Shown piece after piece: positions 1-7,984 of a stretch of DNA of 29,284 nucleotides (position 1 is its first letter; each line of letters opens with the position of its first letter). The position numbers were made by a program, and so were the translations under genes. The notes below the pieces were generated by a model. It was given only the letters and a program-made list of their open reading frames with translations, was not told the DNA's origin and ran no database searches. Source of the DNA: Archangiaceae bacterium (lineage in GTDB: Bacteria; Myxococcota; Myxococcia; Myxococcales; Myxococcaceae); contig JAYVCD010000298.1 of the NCBI GenBank assembly GCA_043750125.1, positions 1 through 29,284 of the forward strand. The letters run 5' to 3'.

Positions 1-96
1 AACGAAAGCCGTGTGCGGGAAATCCGCATGCACGGTTTGACTGGAGGTGGGGGAACCCGGATCGCGTGAGCGAAACCGGCGCCCCCATCCACCTAT
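1..96 (+). mobile_element. Group II intron, 3' terminal part (domain 5 + domain 6); the rest lies upstream of the window
   Basis: D5 at ~6-38: AAGCCGTGT GCGG GAAA TCCGC AT GCACGGTTT, with AGC catalytic triad, GAAA loop, AY bulge and a fully paired basal stem. A D6-like hairpin follows (GGAGGTGGGGG 43-53 pairing with CCCCCATCC-A-CC 82-93, candidate bulged A91) and ends in ...CCTAT, matching the AY terminus. Exact 3' boundary uncertain by 1-2 nt. Confidence 0.9.
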
Positions 97-2533
97 GAAA
101 ACTTCCGTTCGGCTGATGTGGCTCACTGGCATCGCCGCACTCGTCGGGTGCAACCCCAGCGTGATCGGCGCTCCGTGCGTGACCGAGGCGAACTGTCCCA
201 CCGGCCAGATTTGCGTGGCGGGGTTCTGTGCGTTGGGCACGGGAGGAAGCGGGGGAGGATCCGACGGCGGTTCCGGCGGAGGCAACGATGGGGGCGCGGG
301 CGGTGGGAATTCCCGGGTCGAAGGGCCGGGTTCGTCCTGCTCTGATGGGTTGGACAATGACTCGGACGGGCTGATCGACTGCAAAGACAGCGACTGCGCG
401 ACGAAGATCTGCCGCCCGGGTGTCGGCGGGTGCGACGTGGCCGAGGTGTGCACCAACGGAGAATGCCCGCCCGACGAAAAAGCCGCTCCCAACACGGTGT
501 GCCGTCCCGCGGTCGACGGGGGGTGTGACATCGCTGAGCTGTGTGATGGCACGAGTGGCGAGTGCGGGGCCGACGCGGTCGCGGCGACGGGCACCAGCTG
601 CCGGCCCGCGAAGGGTCTGTGCGACCTGGCTGAGTCCTGCAACGGTACGTCTGCCACCTGTCCTGCGGACGCATTTCACCCCGCCACCACGATGTGCCGC
701 GGCGCCTCAGGTGACTGTGACCTGGCCGATTTCTGCTCGGGCACTTCGGAAAATTGTCCGGACTCTTTGAAACCTTCGACCGCGGTGTGCCGTGCTTCTG
801 CGGGTGGCTGCGATCCCGAAGAGCTCTGCAGCGGCAGCTCGGTCGACTGCCCGGCCAACGTCATCTCGCGCCCCACCGTGGTGTGTCGCCCCGGCGCTGG
901 CCCCTGCGACTTCGCCGAGAACTGCGACGGTGTCCGGGTCGATTGTCCGGCCGATGGCTTCCTTGGCCAGGGCACCAGCTGTCGTCCTGCGGCCCCCGGT
1001 GGCTGCGATGTGGCCGAAGTGTGCAGCGGCACCAGCGCGGGCTGCCCGGTCGATGGGTTCTTGACCGGAACCGCGTGTCGCGCCAGCGCGGGAGCTTGCG
1101 ACATTTCCGAGCTGTGCTCCGGCAGCAGCGCGGCCTGTCCGGCCGACGTTTTTGCCGGCAGCTCGGTGGTGTGTCGCGCCTCGACCGGAGCGTGTGATGT
1201 CACCGAGAGATGCACCGGGGGCGCGACCTGTCCTGCAGACGTCTCGAGCTGCAACACGAGCCAGTATTGCGACGGCGCCAATGGCTGCGTCCTCAAGAAG
1301 CCGCTGAGCAGCGCCTGCACCGGCGCGGCCGAATGCAGCTCGGGATTCTGCGCAGGAGGCGTCTGCTGCAACTCGAGCTGCAATGGGGAATGCGAGGTCT
1401 GCTCGGTCCTGGGGGCCTGCAGCTTTCGGCCGCCGAACACCGTGTGCCGGTCTTCCGGCGGGGCGTGTGACCTGGCAGAGAGCTGCTCGGGTGCTTCCCC
1501 GACTTGCCCGATCAACCTCTTCGCCCCGTCCTCCGCGGTCTGCCGTTCGAGCGCGGGCTCCTGTGATGTCGCCGAGCAATGCACGGGCCTGGGGCCGGCG
1601 TGTCCCACCGACACCCTGCTGGGCGCTTCGACAACCTGTCGCACCAGCGCCGGCCTGTGTGACGTGGCTGAAGTGTGCTCGGGCTCCTCAGCCAGCTGCC
1701 CCAGCGACGTGGGCAGCCCGCCCGGAACGGTCTGTCGGGTCTCGGCGGGCTCTTGCGATGTCCCGGAGGCTTGCGTTGCGAACAACCCCAACTGTCCGAA
1801 CGATGGTTTCCAGGCGGCGAGCACTCCGTGCGGCCTGCCCAGCTGCAACAACGGCTCGTTTACTCCCGGGCCGGCGTGCGTGGGCAGCTCGAACACCTGC
1901 CAGATGTTCACCACCTCGAGCTGCAATGGTTTTCAGTGCAATCCGATGGGGACGGCGTGCCTGAACACCTGCGTCGCCAATACCGACTGTCTCTCGACCC
2001 ACTTCTGCCAGGGCAACGGCTGCGTCCCCAAGCTGGCGGACGGGGCCAACTGCATGAACAGTGGTGACTGCGTCAGTGGCAGCTGCCTGCAGGGGTTTGC
2101 TGATACCGACAACGACGGCTTTGGCAATGCGGCCGCCCCGGCGAAGTTCTGTGGCGCGCTTCCAATCTCGCCGGTGAAGTACGTCGCGAACGCCACCGAC
2201 TGCTGCGACACGGACGTCGATGTGCGGCCCAATCAGACCGTGTTCTTTGCGACTCCGGTGCCGGGGGCCTGCTCGAGCCGAGGCTTCGACTACAACTGCA
2301 GTGGCATTACCGAGCATCAGTTCGGGGTCAACGGCTGTGGGGGCGGCACTTGCAGCCCGACGATCGTCTCGTGCACATCTACCTCGGGGTGGAGCACGAG
2401 CAGCCCCCCCGGCTGCGGAGTCACCGGCTCGCTGCGGACCTGTTTCTTCGGAAATTTCGTCTGCGGCGGAGGCGAGCTGATCAACGGCTGCAACGGGGTG
2501 ATGACCAACGCCACCGTCGACAAGTGCCGCTGA
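95..2533 (+). CDS. Cys-rich surface lipoprotein with 13 disintegrin-like repeats and Asp-rich putative metal-binding motifs (812 aa)
   Basis: ATG95 gives the signal peptide MKTSVRLMWLTGIAALVG-C (lipobox). Then a Gly-rich linker, a CSDGLDNDSDGLIDCKDSDC motif, repeats CRxxxGxCDxxExCxGxSxxCPxD, and a C-terminal DTDNDGFGN...DCCDTD motif. The track's GTG47 start lies inside the intron. Confidence 0.88.
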   Translation: MKTSVRLMWLTGIAALVGCNPSVIGAPCVTEANCPTGQICVAGFCALGTGGSGGGSDGGSGGGNDGGAGGGNSRVEGPGSSCSDGLDNDSDGLIDCKDSDCATKICRPGVGGCDVAEVCTNGECPPDEKAAPNTVCRPAVDGGCDIAELCDGTSGECGADAVAATGTSCRPAKGLCDLAESCNGTSATCPADAFHPATTMCRGASGDCDLADFCSGTSENCPDSLKPSTAVCRASAGGCDPEELCSGSSVDCPANVISRPTVVCRPGAGPCDFAENCDGVRVDCPADGFLGQGTSCRPAAPGGCDVAEVCSGTSAGCPVDGFLTGTACRASAGACDISELCSGSSAACPADVFAGSSVVCRASTGACDVTERCTGGATCPADVSSCNTSQYCDGANGCVLKKPLSSACTGAAECSSGFCAGGVCCNSSCNGECEVCSVLGACSFRPPNTVCRSSGGACDLAESCSGASPTCPINLFAPSSAVCRSSAGSCDVAEQCTGLGPACPTDTLLGASTTCRTSAGLCDVAEVCSGSSASCPSDVGSPPGTVCRVSAGSCDVPEACVANNPNCPNDGFQAASTPCGLPSCNNGSFTPGPACVGSSNTCQMFTTSSCNGFQCNPMGTACLNTCVANTDCLSTHFCQGNGCVPKLADGANCMNSGDCVSGSCLQGFADTDNDGFGNAAAPAKFCGALPISPVKYVANATDCCDTDVDVRPNQTVFFATPVPGACSSRGFDYNCSGITEHQFGVNGCGGGTCSPTIVSCTSTSGWSTSSPPGCGVTGSLRTCFFGNFVCGGGELINGCNGVMTNATVDKCR
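410..1804 (+). repeat. 13 degenerate ~33-aa disintegrin-like coding repeats (9 + spacer domain + 4)
   Basis: Counted in the translation, e.g. CRPAKGLCDLAESCNGTSATCPAD and CRSSAGSCDVAEQCTGLGPACPTD. Confidence 0.9.
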
Positions 2534-2636
2534 AGTTGATCGACACCCCGTACGGGCCCCTTCATGCCGAAAGGGAATGACCCTTCGTCTCCCCACCCTC
2601 TCACGGTGTGGAGGCCGGGTTGGATATCCATGGGGC

Positions 2637-2771
2637 ATGACCCATTCACTCTTTCGAAGCGTCCGTTGCAGCCCCTCTTTCGAGGCTCGGCTTTGGTTCG
2701 CAGTGCCGGCCACTGCGGCCTTCGCGCTGCTGCTGGCATTCGCCGCTTTTCAGCGCCTCAACCTGCTGTAG
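2637..2771 (+). CDS. Possible small single-pass membrane protein (44 aa)
   Basis: MTHSLFRSVRCSPSFEARLWFAVPATAAFALLLAFAAFQRLNLL has one clear hydrophobic segment; no recognisable family. Confidence 0.35.
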   Translation: MTHSLFRSVRCSPSFEARLWFAVPATAAFALLLAFAAFQRLNLL

Positions 2772-2987
2772 CCATCGAAGCGAATGCAGGCCGGGCGCGC
2801 AGCTTCGCTCCATTCGCTGCGGCGGGGATCTTCGGGGCCCGGCCGCCGGCGAAGTGCGTCGAAATGCGGTCATCCCAGTACTGAATTCCCGCCGCATTTA
2901 GAAACTTCACGAAATGCTCGGGGGCCTTCAACGCCATCGCTCTGACGCGAGACCGGCGACTGCCGTCAGGTGCGGCCGTGGGGCGAC

Positions 2988-3420
2988 TTATGGCGGCAGC
3001 AGTCCGGGCTGAAGCGGAAGGGCGTGGGCAAAAAACGCGACCAGGGCGCGGACTTTCGGGGGCGCCGCTTTGCCACCCAGGTAGACGGCCGAAACAGCGA
3101 TCGGCTCGGGCGCGACGCCGGGAAGAACTTCAATCAGCTGTCCCCTGGAAATTTCGTTTTCGACGAGGTAGCGCGGCAGTCGACCCAGCCCGGCCGAGAG
3201 CAACACGGCATTCTTCAGCGCTCCGGAATTGGTGACCGAGAGCCAGCTGCGGGTCTTGAAGCAGAAGGTGCCGCGTCCCGAAAGTCCGTTCCAGCTGCTG
3301 CAGCCGCTTGCTCACGGTGGGCTGGGTGAGCCGGCGCTCGCGAGCGACCGAGGACAAGCTGCGGGTCTCGACGATGCGAGCGAACATCTGAAGAAGTTCG
3401 AAGTTCGACGTCAATGCCAT
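2988..3420 (-). pseudogene. LysR-family transcriptional regulator with a large internal deletion and frameshift
   Basis: The N-terminal HTH (MALTSNFELLQMFARIVETRSLSSVARERRLTQPTVSKRLQQLERTFGTR) is joined out of frame at ~3271 to the LysR C-terminus (…SVTNSGALKNAVLLSAGLGRLPRYLVENEISRGQLIEVL…PPKVRALVAF). Total 433 bp versus ~900 bp expected. Confidence 0.9.
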
Positions 3421-3522
3421 TGCGACGCAAGCCCTCAAGGTGATGGCCCGGCCCAACAGCCGCAGCGCGACAATCCGGGGTGGGTTTTCACCGAGACGCT
3501 CGAGTCCCCCGACGCTGCCTGT

Positions 3523-4800
3523 CTAACGGGACGCGTGGTGCTGAACGGTCTTGTCGACCAGGATCAAGAAGGCGCGAATCGACTTGTCGAGGTGTGGAAT
3601 CGGAGTGTCCTCGATGCGGGTATGCGACACGCCCGGCGAGCTTTGCGCAAAGACCATGGCGGTCGGAACCACCGCGGCCATCTCGGCAGCATCGTGGAGG
3701 GGACCGGATGGAATCTCGGGCGCGCTGCCCGTCACTTTTCGAACCGCCTGGCTGACGAACCGGGTGAGTGTCGGGTCGAAGATGCGCGGAGTGATCCGCA
3801 AGAGCGGACTCCACGCGACCGTCACCCGGTGCTTCTTTGCCGCGGCGACGGACGCCTTTTGGGCTCCGGTGAGCATCTTGGCCAGCACCTTCGCGTCGAG
3901 CGCACGAAGGTCGATCGACACTTCGGCGCGACCGGGAACGGCGGTGACGAAGTTGGGTTCTACCTTGACGACTCCGCAGGTGGCGACGACCCGGGTGCGC
4001 GGGGTCTTTCCCGACAGCTGCACCGCCACGTCCTGCGCGCCCAGCGCGAACTGCGCGGCAGCGAGGAACGCGTCCTGGCGCAAGTGCAGCGGCGCGGCGC
4101 CCGAGTGGGCGGTCTGCCCGGTGAACTTCAGGTGGTAGCGCTCGACCCCCATGGTGCCGAGCACGACTCCCACTGCTTTGTTCATCGACTGCAGCACCGG
4201 CCCCTGCTCGATGTGCAGCTCGAGGTAGGCCTCAGCCTCGAGCGCGTCGAAGTACTTTTTCGCGGTCTTCATTCCCTCGAGGGTGATTCCATTCTCTTTG
4301 AGGGCATCGGGGAGCTTGGCGCCATTGCGATCCGTCAAGTGGGCGAGCTCTTTGTGGGGATCCAGCGCGCCGGCCGAAGCTGCCGACCCGGTGAGACTGC
4401 GGCCGAAGCGCGCGCCTTCTTCATCGGCCCAATCGACCAGGTGCAATGTCAGGGGAGGGCGCGTGCCGGTGGCTGCGTACCTGCGCAGGACTTCCAGACC
4501 GGCGAGGACTCCGAGGCAGCCGTCCAGCCAGCCTCCGCCGGGCACCGAGTCGAGATGACTGCCGAGCACGATGCTCTTCTTCGAGTCGCCGGGAAGGGTG
4601 ACCCAGAGGTTGCCGGCGCCGTCGCGCGACGTGACCAGGCCCAGCTCTGTTTTCAGTTTCGCGGAGAACCAATCGCGCGCCTTGCGCCAGGTGGGGCCCC
4701 ACGCCACCCGCTGGGCCCCGCGCTCGTCTTCGGTCAGCGCGCGCAGCTGTTTGAGATCGGCAATGACGCGCTTGGAGGAAGCAGGGGGCAGTGGACGCAT
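3523..4800 (-). CDS. M20-family Zn-dependent amidohydrolase (hydantoinase/N-carbamoylase, allantoate amidohydrolase-like)
   Basis: Motifs GSHLDSVPGGGWLDG, DEEGARF, YLELHIEQGPVL, GQTAHSG, SGPLHDA, GVSH. Confidence 0.93.
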   Translation of the reverse strand: MRPLPPASSKRVIADLKQLRALTEDERGAQRVAWGPTWRKARDWFSAKLKTELGLVTSRDGAGNLWVTLPGDSKKSIVLGSHLDSVPGGGWLDGCLGVLAGLEVLRRYAATGTRPPLTLHLVDWADEEGARFGRSLTGSAASAGALDPHKELAHLTDRNGAKLPDALKENGITLEGMKTAKKYFDALEAEAYLELHIEQGPVLQSMNKAVGVVLGTMGVERYHLKFTGQTAHSGAAPLHLRQDAFLAAAQFALGAQDVAVQLSGKTPRTRVVATCGVVKVEPNFVTAVPGRAEVSIDLRALDAKVLAKMLTGAQKASVAAAKKHRVTVAWSPLLRITPRIFDPTLTRFVSQAVRKVTGSAPEIPSGPLHDAAEMAAVVPTAMVFAQSSPGVSHTRIEDTPIPHLDKSIRAFLILVDKTVQHHASR

Positions 4801-4944
4801 GGGGTCGGCCGATTACCACCGACGCCGTTCTCGTGGCGACCGGGTGCTTCTCAAATGCGTTGCGAGGTCATGACAATCCTTGAGCGGGCGCCGAGGCACT
4901 GACCGCCCCGACCCAAACGTTGTCCGAATGGGCCGCGGGGGCCT

Positions 4945-5895
4945 TCAGGCCGTCGGAACCGGGCGCGCCGCCGCTGCGGACAAAGCCCGCTGCTTGCCGC
5001 GCAGCACAAAAACGTTGCCGAGCAGCACGAGCATCATTCCGGACAGCGCGAGGGCCGACCACCGATAGCCCTCGAACACGGTGGACGTGGCCATCGCCAG
5101 AACCGGAATGACTGCGGCGGTGTAACCCGCCCGGCCGGCTCCGATGCGTCGAAGCAGAGTCAGAAAGCCGACGAAAGCGACCACCGACCCGAACAGCACC
5201 AGGTAGGTCAATGAGAGGACGTAGGGCAGCGAAGCGTCGAACGTGAAGGGCAGGCCCCGCAGCACGCAGTAGATCGCGACTGCAATCGACGCATAGAACA
5301 TCGCCCACGCCGTGCTCGGAGCGACCCCCACCTCGCGCGCGTACACCCGTTCAGACCAGAGGTTTCCGGCCGACGCGGTGATCGTCGCGAGCGTGGCGAG
5401 CCCCACTCCCCACAGCTGGTCCGTCGACCCGCGCACGTGGGAAACCTCGGGCCAGAACACCAGCGTCACGCCCGCGATGCCGATCACCGCACCGAGCAGG
5501 ATCGAGGGCGGAAGCGAGCGTCGAAAGAAGATCCGCGCCCCGATCAGGTTCCACGCGACGATCAGTACGAAGATCACCGCCACCAGGCCCGAGGTCAGGT
5601 GCCCTTCGCTCAGGTAGACGAGCACGTAGTTCAGCGCGTACTGCAGCAAGCCCAGCAGGACGAGGCTCGCGTGGGTTCGGGCATCGAAGCGCAGCGAGAT
5701 TCCGCGCACCCGGCACCAGGCGAAGAGCACGAGCGACGCCAGTCCGAAGCGATAGACGACCGAGACTTCAGGCGCGACGATTCCCAGCTGAAATTTGATG
5801 GTGAGCCAGGTGGTGCCCCAGATGAACGAGGGCACCAGAAACAGCAGCCACGTCGGCAACGGTGCGGGCCCCTTCACTTCGAGATCTGCACCCAT
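4945..5895 (-). CDS. EamA/DMT-family transporter
   Basis: About 10 hydrophobic segments; IWGTTW motif near the N-terminus; YLVLFGSVVAF and RIGAGRAGY in the second EamA repeat. Confidence 0.92.
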   Translation of the reverse strand: MGADLEVKGPAPLPTWLLFLVPSFIWGTTWLTIKFQLGIVAPEVSVVYRFGLASLVLFAWCRVRGISLRFDARTHASLVLLGLLQYALNYVLVYLSEGHLTSGLVAVIFVLIVAWNLIGARIFFRRSLPPSILLGAVIGIAGVTLVFWPEVSHVRGSTDQLWGVGLATLATITASAGNLWSERVYAREVGVAPSTAWAMFYASIAVAIYCVLRGLPFTFDASLPYVLSLTYLVLFGSVVAFVGFLTLLRRIGAGRAGYTAAVIPVLAMATSTVFEGYRWSALALSGMMLVLLGNVFVLRGKQRALSAAAARPVPTA

Positions 5896-6125
5896 GGGCG
5901 GGGACTGCTAGCCGATTGATCGCAGAATCTCCACGGTCCACCGCGGCGGTTGAGTCTGTCCGTGCCTCGGCCGGTCGGTTCCCGATGGTTTGTGGCAAGC
6001 CCCTTGGCAGTGCGCGGCCTTTCCGACGAAGTGACCGCCTCTTGTTTTTTCGCCGCCGGACCTCGGTCTGTGGCGTAAGCTTCGGTGATTCGTCGACTTA
6101 TTGCCGCATCCGAGGCCCGAACGCC

Positions 6126-7064
6126 GTGAACATTGACGACGACGACGACGACGACGAAGGCGGGCTGACGACGAACATCGCCGTTCCGATTCCCATGGCC
6201 CGGGGCGGCGCCGGCAAGGCAGGCTACCTGCTGGTCGTGAGCAGCAACGCGGCCGGAATCGGCGGTAAGATGTTCAAGCTCACCGGCTCGCACATGACCC
6301 TCGGGCGTGCGATCGACGTCCAGATCCGGATCGACGACGAAGGGGTCTCGCGCAAGCACGTCACCTTCGTCGCGACCACTCCAGGGTGCTTTCGTCTCGA
6401 AGATCTGGGCTCGCGCAACGGCACCTTCGTGAACGGGGAACGGGTGGTCACCGCCGAGCTCCATGACGGAGACAAGGTCTCAGTCGGCTCGACCGCGGTC
6501 CTGCTGTTTTCGCTTCAGGACGAGGCGGAAGAACAATTTACCGCCCGGATGTTCGAGGCCGCGACGTACGACGGGCTCACCCGGCTGTTGAACAAGAGCT
6601 ACTTCAATACTGAGTTCGAAAAAGAGATTTCCTACTCGGCGCGGTACCGTGCGCCGTTGTCGCTGATGATGATGGACGTAGATCACTTCAAGCGAATCAA
6701 CGACACCTACGGGCACCCGGTCGGAGATCAGGTGTTGACCCGCCTGGCCACCCGCTTGAGCCAGCTCATTCGCAAAGAAGACGTGGTCGCCCGCTACGGA
6801 GGCGAAGAGTTCGTCTCGCTGCTGCGTCAGGCAGATCTGGAATCAGGCCGAATCTGCGGAGAACGTTGTCGCGCCGGAATGGAAGCGCTCGCCATCAAAG
6901 CCGGGAAGGCGACGATCAACTTCACGATCAGCATCGGGATCATCACCTTGCTCCCGGGCCAATCGGCCAGTCGAGACGCGATGGTCGCCCGAGCGGACGC
7001 CAACCTCTACGAGGCGAAGAATGGGGGCCGAAATCGCGTCGTGGCCAGCATCTACAAGCCCTGA
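6126..7064 (+). CDS. FHA-domain diguanylate cyclase (FHA + GGDEF)
   Basis: FHA motifs LGR, VSRKH, DLGSRNGTFVNG; GGDEF-domain motifs DGLTRLLN, DVDHFKRINDTYGH, RKED I-site, RYGGEEF, AKNGGRNR. Start GTG6126 is inferred; the track's upstream extension looks non-coding. Confidence 0.92.
   Translation: MNIDDDDDDDEGGLTTNIAVPIPMARGGAGKAGYLLVVSSNAAGIGGKMFKLTGSHMTLGRAIDVQIRIDDEGVSRKHVTFVATTPGCFRLEDLGSRNGTFVNGERVVTAELHDGDKVSVGSTAVLLFSLQDEAEEQFTARMFEAATYDGLTRLLNKSYFNTEFEKEISYSARYRAPLSLMMMDVDHFKRINDTYGHPVGDQVLTRLATRLSQLIRKEDVVARYGGEEFVSLLRQADLESGRICGERCRAGMEALAIKAGKATINFTISIGIITLLPGQSASRDAMVARADANLYEAKNGGRNRVVASIYKP
6135..6155 (+). repeat. (GAC)7 in-frame trinucleotide repeat (poly-Asp)
   Basis: Seven perfect GAC units read directly at the 5' end of the cyclase gene. 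Confidence 0.9.
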
Positions 7065-7079
7065 GCTGCTGAGCCTTTC

Positions 7080-7826
7080 TTGAACGCCTTGCTGTCGCTG
7101 TGGACCTGGGTCGAGATCGCCGGGGTGGCGGTCGTCGCTTTCGTGCTCCAGGTTCTCGCGGCGCTGGTCACCGTACCCTTCGACCGGCGGCGATGGTTGG
7201 CCGCGTGGATCATCCACTCGGCGGGAGTGGTCGCCACCCGGCTCTCTCCGTTCTTCGATTTCGCCGTCCACGGGCAGCCCCCGCTTCAGCTGGCGCGGCG
7301 GACGGTGATCGTCTCGAACCACGAGTCGCACTGTGACCCCTTCTTGATCGCCCACCTGCCCTGGCAAATGAGATTTCTCGCCAAGGCCTCGCTGTTCCAG
7401 ATTCCGTTCATCGGGTGGGGGCTGTGGGTTGCGGGGGACATCAAGGTCAGGCGGGGCACGGCCGAGTCGGTCGAGGAAGCGATGCGCGAATGCGCGTGGT
7501 GGCTGGACCAGGGAACGCCGGTGATGATTTTTCCCGAGGGGACACGGTCCCAAACCGGCGAGCTGTTGACGTTCAAGGACGGGGCTTTTCGATTGGCGAT
7601 CGAAAGCAGCGCCGACGTGCTGCCCATCGGTCTGCGCGGAACGCGAACGGCGATGCCCAACCACACCTGGCGGTTTGGGTTCGCCCGGGCCCGCGTCGTC
7701 GTCGGCACCCCGATCGTGACGAAGGGGATGACCCTCGACGACGTCGAACGACTCAAGACGATGGCGCGCGATCAGATTGAGGCGCTTCGCAACCAGCTCA
7801 CCGCGCAGGTCGCTGGCCTCAGCTGA
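7080..7826 (+). CDS. 1-acyl-sn-glycerol-3-phosphate (lysophospholipid) acyltransferase, PlsC family
   Basis: NHESHCD (HX4D), FLAKASLF, IFPEGTRS, FKDGAFRLA; N-terminal hydrophobic helix; starts 15 bp after the cyclase stop. Confidence 0.92.
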   Translation: MNALLSLWTWVEIAGVAVVAFVLQVLAALVTVPFDRRRWLAAWIIHSAGVVATRLSPFFDFAVHGQPPLQLARRTVIVSNHESHCDPFLIAHLPWQMRFLAKASLFQIPFIGWGLWVAGDIKVRRGTAESVEEAMRECAWWLDQGTPVMIFPEGTRSQTGELLTFKDGAFRLAIESSADVLPIGLRGTRTAMPNHTWRFGFARARVVVGTPIVTKGMTLDDVERLKTMARDQIEALRNQLTAQVAGLS

Positions 7827-7929
7827 GGCCTTGAAGCGTCAGGGGCTGGAACGTTGCGCCGCCGGGCCGCTACGCGTTGCGGTGCCTGTTCCGGTCGGGT
7901 CAGCTCTGCGGAATCTCGACAGAAAAGGG

Positions 7930-7945
7930 TGGCGCAAAGATTGCT
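7930..7945 (+). promoter_or_regulatory. Putative sigma54 (-24/-12) promoter of the B-lectin gene
   Basis: TGGCGC-AAAGA-TTGCT: GG-N10-GC spacing, one mismatch to TGGCAC-N5-TTGCW; intergenic, ~40 bp before ATG7985. Confidence 0.65.
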
Positions 7946-7984
7946 CAAGGCGCCGGGATGGCTCTCTTCCTTCGCCGAACCGCA

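Noticed and set aside
47-94. N-terminal extension MGEPGSRERNRRPHPP of the 828-aa ORF
   Set aside because: It lies within intron domain 6; the lipoprotein signal peptide starts at ATG95.
3229-4902. 557-aa plus-strand ORF
   Set aside because: Antisense shadow of the amidohydrolase, typical of high-GC codon bias; no motifs.
5993-6008. sigma54-like TGGCAAGCCCCTTGGC
   Set aside because: The -12 element is GG rather than GC at the required spacing.
5862-6125. Long N-terminal extension of the GGDEF ORF
   Set aside because: It overlaps the divergent EamA start and promoter region; composition is not protein-like.
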